Positions 61,883 through 64,000 of a DNA stretch of 64,000 nucleotides are shown piece by piece. Source of the DNA: an uncultured delta proteobacterium. Lineage in GTDB: Bacteria; Desulfobacterota; RBG-13-43-22. The stretch is from the NCBI GenBank assembly GCA_963790475.1, contig CAWBOS010000015.1, positions 320,001 through 384,000 of the forward strand. The letters are read 5' to 3'. The position numbers were made by a program, and so were the translations under genes. Every line of letters begins with the position of its first letter. Within the stretch, counting starts at the first letter, position 1. The notes beneath the pieces are model-generated. The model saw nothing but the letters and a program-made list of their open reading frames with translations. It was not told where the DNA came from and ran no database searches.

Positions 61883-62269
61883 ATGGAAGGAATCCGGTTA
61901 TTACTCGCCGACGACGAGGAAGATTTTCGAACGACCTTGACCAGCCGTCTGAGAAAAAGAAGGTTGGAAGTCGTGGATGTGGAAGACGGTTATAAGGCGG
62001 TCGAAGTTGTGAAATCAAAGCCGATCGATGTCGCGGTGGTCGATGTCAAGATGCCGGGAATGGATGGACTGGAGACTTTGAAGCAGATCAAGCAGATCAA
62101 TCCATTGATCGAAGTGATCTTGCTGACCGGTCACGCCTCAGTGGAATCGGGGATTGAAGGGATGCGTCTGGGGGCCTTTGATTACCTCATGAAACCCTGT
62201 GACATCAATGAACTGATGCTGAAAATCGAAGATGCCTATCAAAGGAAACTGGTGCAGGAAAAGGCCTAA
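61883..62269 (+). CDS. Single-domain response regulator
   Basis: LADDE, VVDVKMPG, LTGH and MKP motifs. Confidence 0.93.
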   Translation: MEGIRLLLADDEEDFRTTLTSRLRKRRLEVVDVEDGYKAVEVVKSKPIDVAVVDVKMPGMDGLETLKQIKQINPLIEVILLTGHASVESGIEGMRLGAFDYLMKPCDINELMLKIEDAYQRKLVQEKA

Positions 62270-62314
62270 GGACCAGAATTAGGATAAAAAATTGCTGGCC
62301 GATGTCCAGGCTTC

Positions 62315-62545
62315 TTAATCGTTTTGATAGGAAGAGTCAGCCACATGAACCAGACCACGCCCGAAATTCTCCCCCCGGAACAGACCGCAAAAAGCCCGGG
62401 GGGCGTTTGCTAAACCTTCAACAATGTGCTCGCGAACAACCAATTGTTTGTTCTTGATCCAATCCGCCATTGTCCGTCGCGCTTCATTAAAAAATTCCGC
62501 ATGATCCAGCACCACAAATCCGCGCATATCAAGTCGTTTAGCAGG
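62315..62545 (-). pseudogene. C-terminal fragment of an NADP-dependent oxidoreductase (CurA/prostaglandin reductase-like)
   Basis: KRLDMRGF...GLANAPRAF.GLF.G.NFG motif; N-terminal three-quarters absent. Confidence 0.75.
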
Positions 62546-62595
62546 GCATTCACCTATCTTAGGTTAGATTTTTTCCGGGTTTGCCTGCTACCAGA

Positions 62596-64000
62596 CTATT
62601 GAGTCGCCAGAGCGACCTTCATCTGCTGTTCCCCGGATATGACCTGATCCGCCCTGGCCGGCGCCAGGTCGATCTGAACCCAGTTTACCCGTCCGCTAAA
62701 ATGGTTGCCTGACACCCGAAAATCTGGACAGATGGGTCCCCCGGTTTTGTTGCCGACCATCAATCGGGCATCCCCCGCAAAAGCTACCGGAACGGTCCGT
62801 TCAATCCTTCCCTCGGCCACCTTCTTGGCATCGACGAAAAGCGTAACCATCCCCCCTTTGCCTATTCCACCACCGTCATAGGCGAACTCCATCCGGATCA
62901 GATGGCTGCCGGGAGTCAGCAGCCCCGGGTCCTGCACCGTGTAGAGCTCCATGCCGGCGCAATTATAGACATAGGTGAGCTTGCCGTCCTTCATGTAAAG
63001 CCCCCATCCGCCAAAATTGGCGCCTTCGGCAACGATTACTCCACGGACGCCGGCAGCAGGAACTTCAACTTCCGCCGTGACCGAATGGGTCCGGTTCTTA
63101 ACACTGACCACCGAGTGAACGTTCAAGGCGCTGCCCGGCAACAGGCGCTGAGAACGACCTTGAATCAGTCTGGGTCTTCCGGATATCCTGGGGCTGAATC
63201 GCTCTCCGCGCCGATCGTCTAAGGGCAGCACATTGTGGCGGGCGGCCTCTATCAACCACAACCTCTGCAGTTGGTGAAGTTTTTCCGGGTATTTCTTGGC
63301 CAGGTCCTCGGCCTGGGTCCAATCTTTCGTCGTATCGTAGAGTTCCCAGTTATCGTCATCGAAAGCCGGTGGTTTGGTTTGAACCCAGGGCAGACCATGC
63401 CTGGTCACCGCGGTCCAGCCTTTGTAATAGATCCCCCGGTTACCGAACATCTCGAAATATTGAACTTCATGTCGGTCCGGGGCTTCGCCCTCGTCGAAGG
63501 AATAGAGCATACTGACCCCTTCCAGGGGCTTCTGCTGAACGCCATCAACGGAGATCGGTTCAGGGATTCCGGCCGCCTCTAAAATGGTAGGGAATATATC
63601 GATGACATGATGGAATTGAGCGCGTATCTGCCCTTTGGCCTGAATCCCTTTGGGCCAATGCACCACCGTTCCATTGCGGGTGCCGCCCCAATGGGAAGCG
63701 ATCTGTTTGGTCCACTGATAGGGCGTGTCCATGGCATGGGCCCAGCCTACAGCGTAGTGATTGTAGGAGTCGGGCCCCCCTATATCCTCCAGACGCTTGA
63801 TCAAATACTCCGGGGTCTCTATGTCCTGCATATTATTGAAGTGGAGCATCTCAGAAAAAGTGCCGTTGAGACCGCCCTCTGCCGAAGCGCCGTTATCGCC
63901 GATGACGTAGTAGACCAGGGTGTTCTCTAAAGCCCCGAGCGCGGTGATCGCCTCCACCAGCCTGCCGATATGGAAGTCGGTGTATTCGAAAAAATCCCGC
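62596..64000 (-). CDS. Arylsulfatase, 5' end outside the window
   Basis: GDNGASAEG, GWAHAMDTP, GGTRNG, HHVID and QYFEM motifs. Confidence 0.92.
   Translation of the reverse strand, partial: RDFFEYTDFHIGRLVEAITALGALENTLVYYVIGDNGASAEGGLNGTFSEMLHFNNMQDIETPEYLIKRLEDIGGPDSYNHYAVGWAHAMDTPYQWTKQIASHWGGTRNGTVVHWPKGIQAKGQIRAQFHHVIDIFPTILEAAGIPEPISVDGVQQKPLEGVSMLYSFDEGEAPDRHEVQYFEMFGNRGIYYKGWTAVTRHGLPWVQTKPPAFDDDNWELYDTTKDWTQAEDLAKKYPEKLHQLQRLWLIEAARHNVLPLDDRRGERFSPRISGRPRLIQGRSQRLLPGSALNVHSVVSVKNRTHSVTAEVEVPAAGVRGVIVAEGANFGGWGLYMKDGKLTYVYNCAGMELYTVQDPGLLTPGSHLIRMEFAYDGGGIGKGGMVTLFVDAKKVAEGRIERTVPVAFAGDARLMVGNKTGGPICPDFRVSGNHFSGRVNWVQIDLAPARADQVISGEQQMKVALATQ

Overview
Bacterial chromosomal window. 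Gene content and repeat families suggest an anaerobic Desulfobacterota (deltaproteobacterium); this assignment is inference. The core block holds tRNA-Thr/tRNA-Tyr at the left edge, a frameshifted radA, tRNA-Gly and the rimP-nusA-ylxR-infB-ylxP-rbfA-truB-rpsO-pnp-M16 peptidase-dut operon. Accessory content includes two toxin-antitoxin pairs (MazEF-like, MNT-HEPN), acyl-CoA metabolism genes, an AAA+/vWA pair, several gene fragments and many small repeats. Most notable: (1) an IS110-family (IS1111-type) element at about 41243-42774 inserted in a REP-like palindrome, whose 3' non-coding region folds into a long stem carrying 8-nt matches to both the reconstructed target and the element's circle junction, as expected for a bridge/seek RNA; (2) a sigma54 signalling island (48-62 kb) with two TauE-family transporters, a PEP-synthase-like ATP-grasp/His-swivel protein lacking the pyruvate domain, a paralog lacking both catalytic domains, and stand-alone receivers; (3) a solitary integron attC-like site; (4) two equal-length (218-219 bp) elements with sequence-different but self-complementary arms; (5) recurrent inverted heptamer arrays; (6) a candidate structured leader RNA. 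No CRISPR array or rRNA was seen. Product calls come from recognising motifs in the translations; no database search was run.
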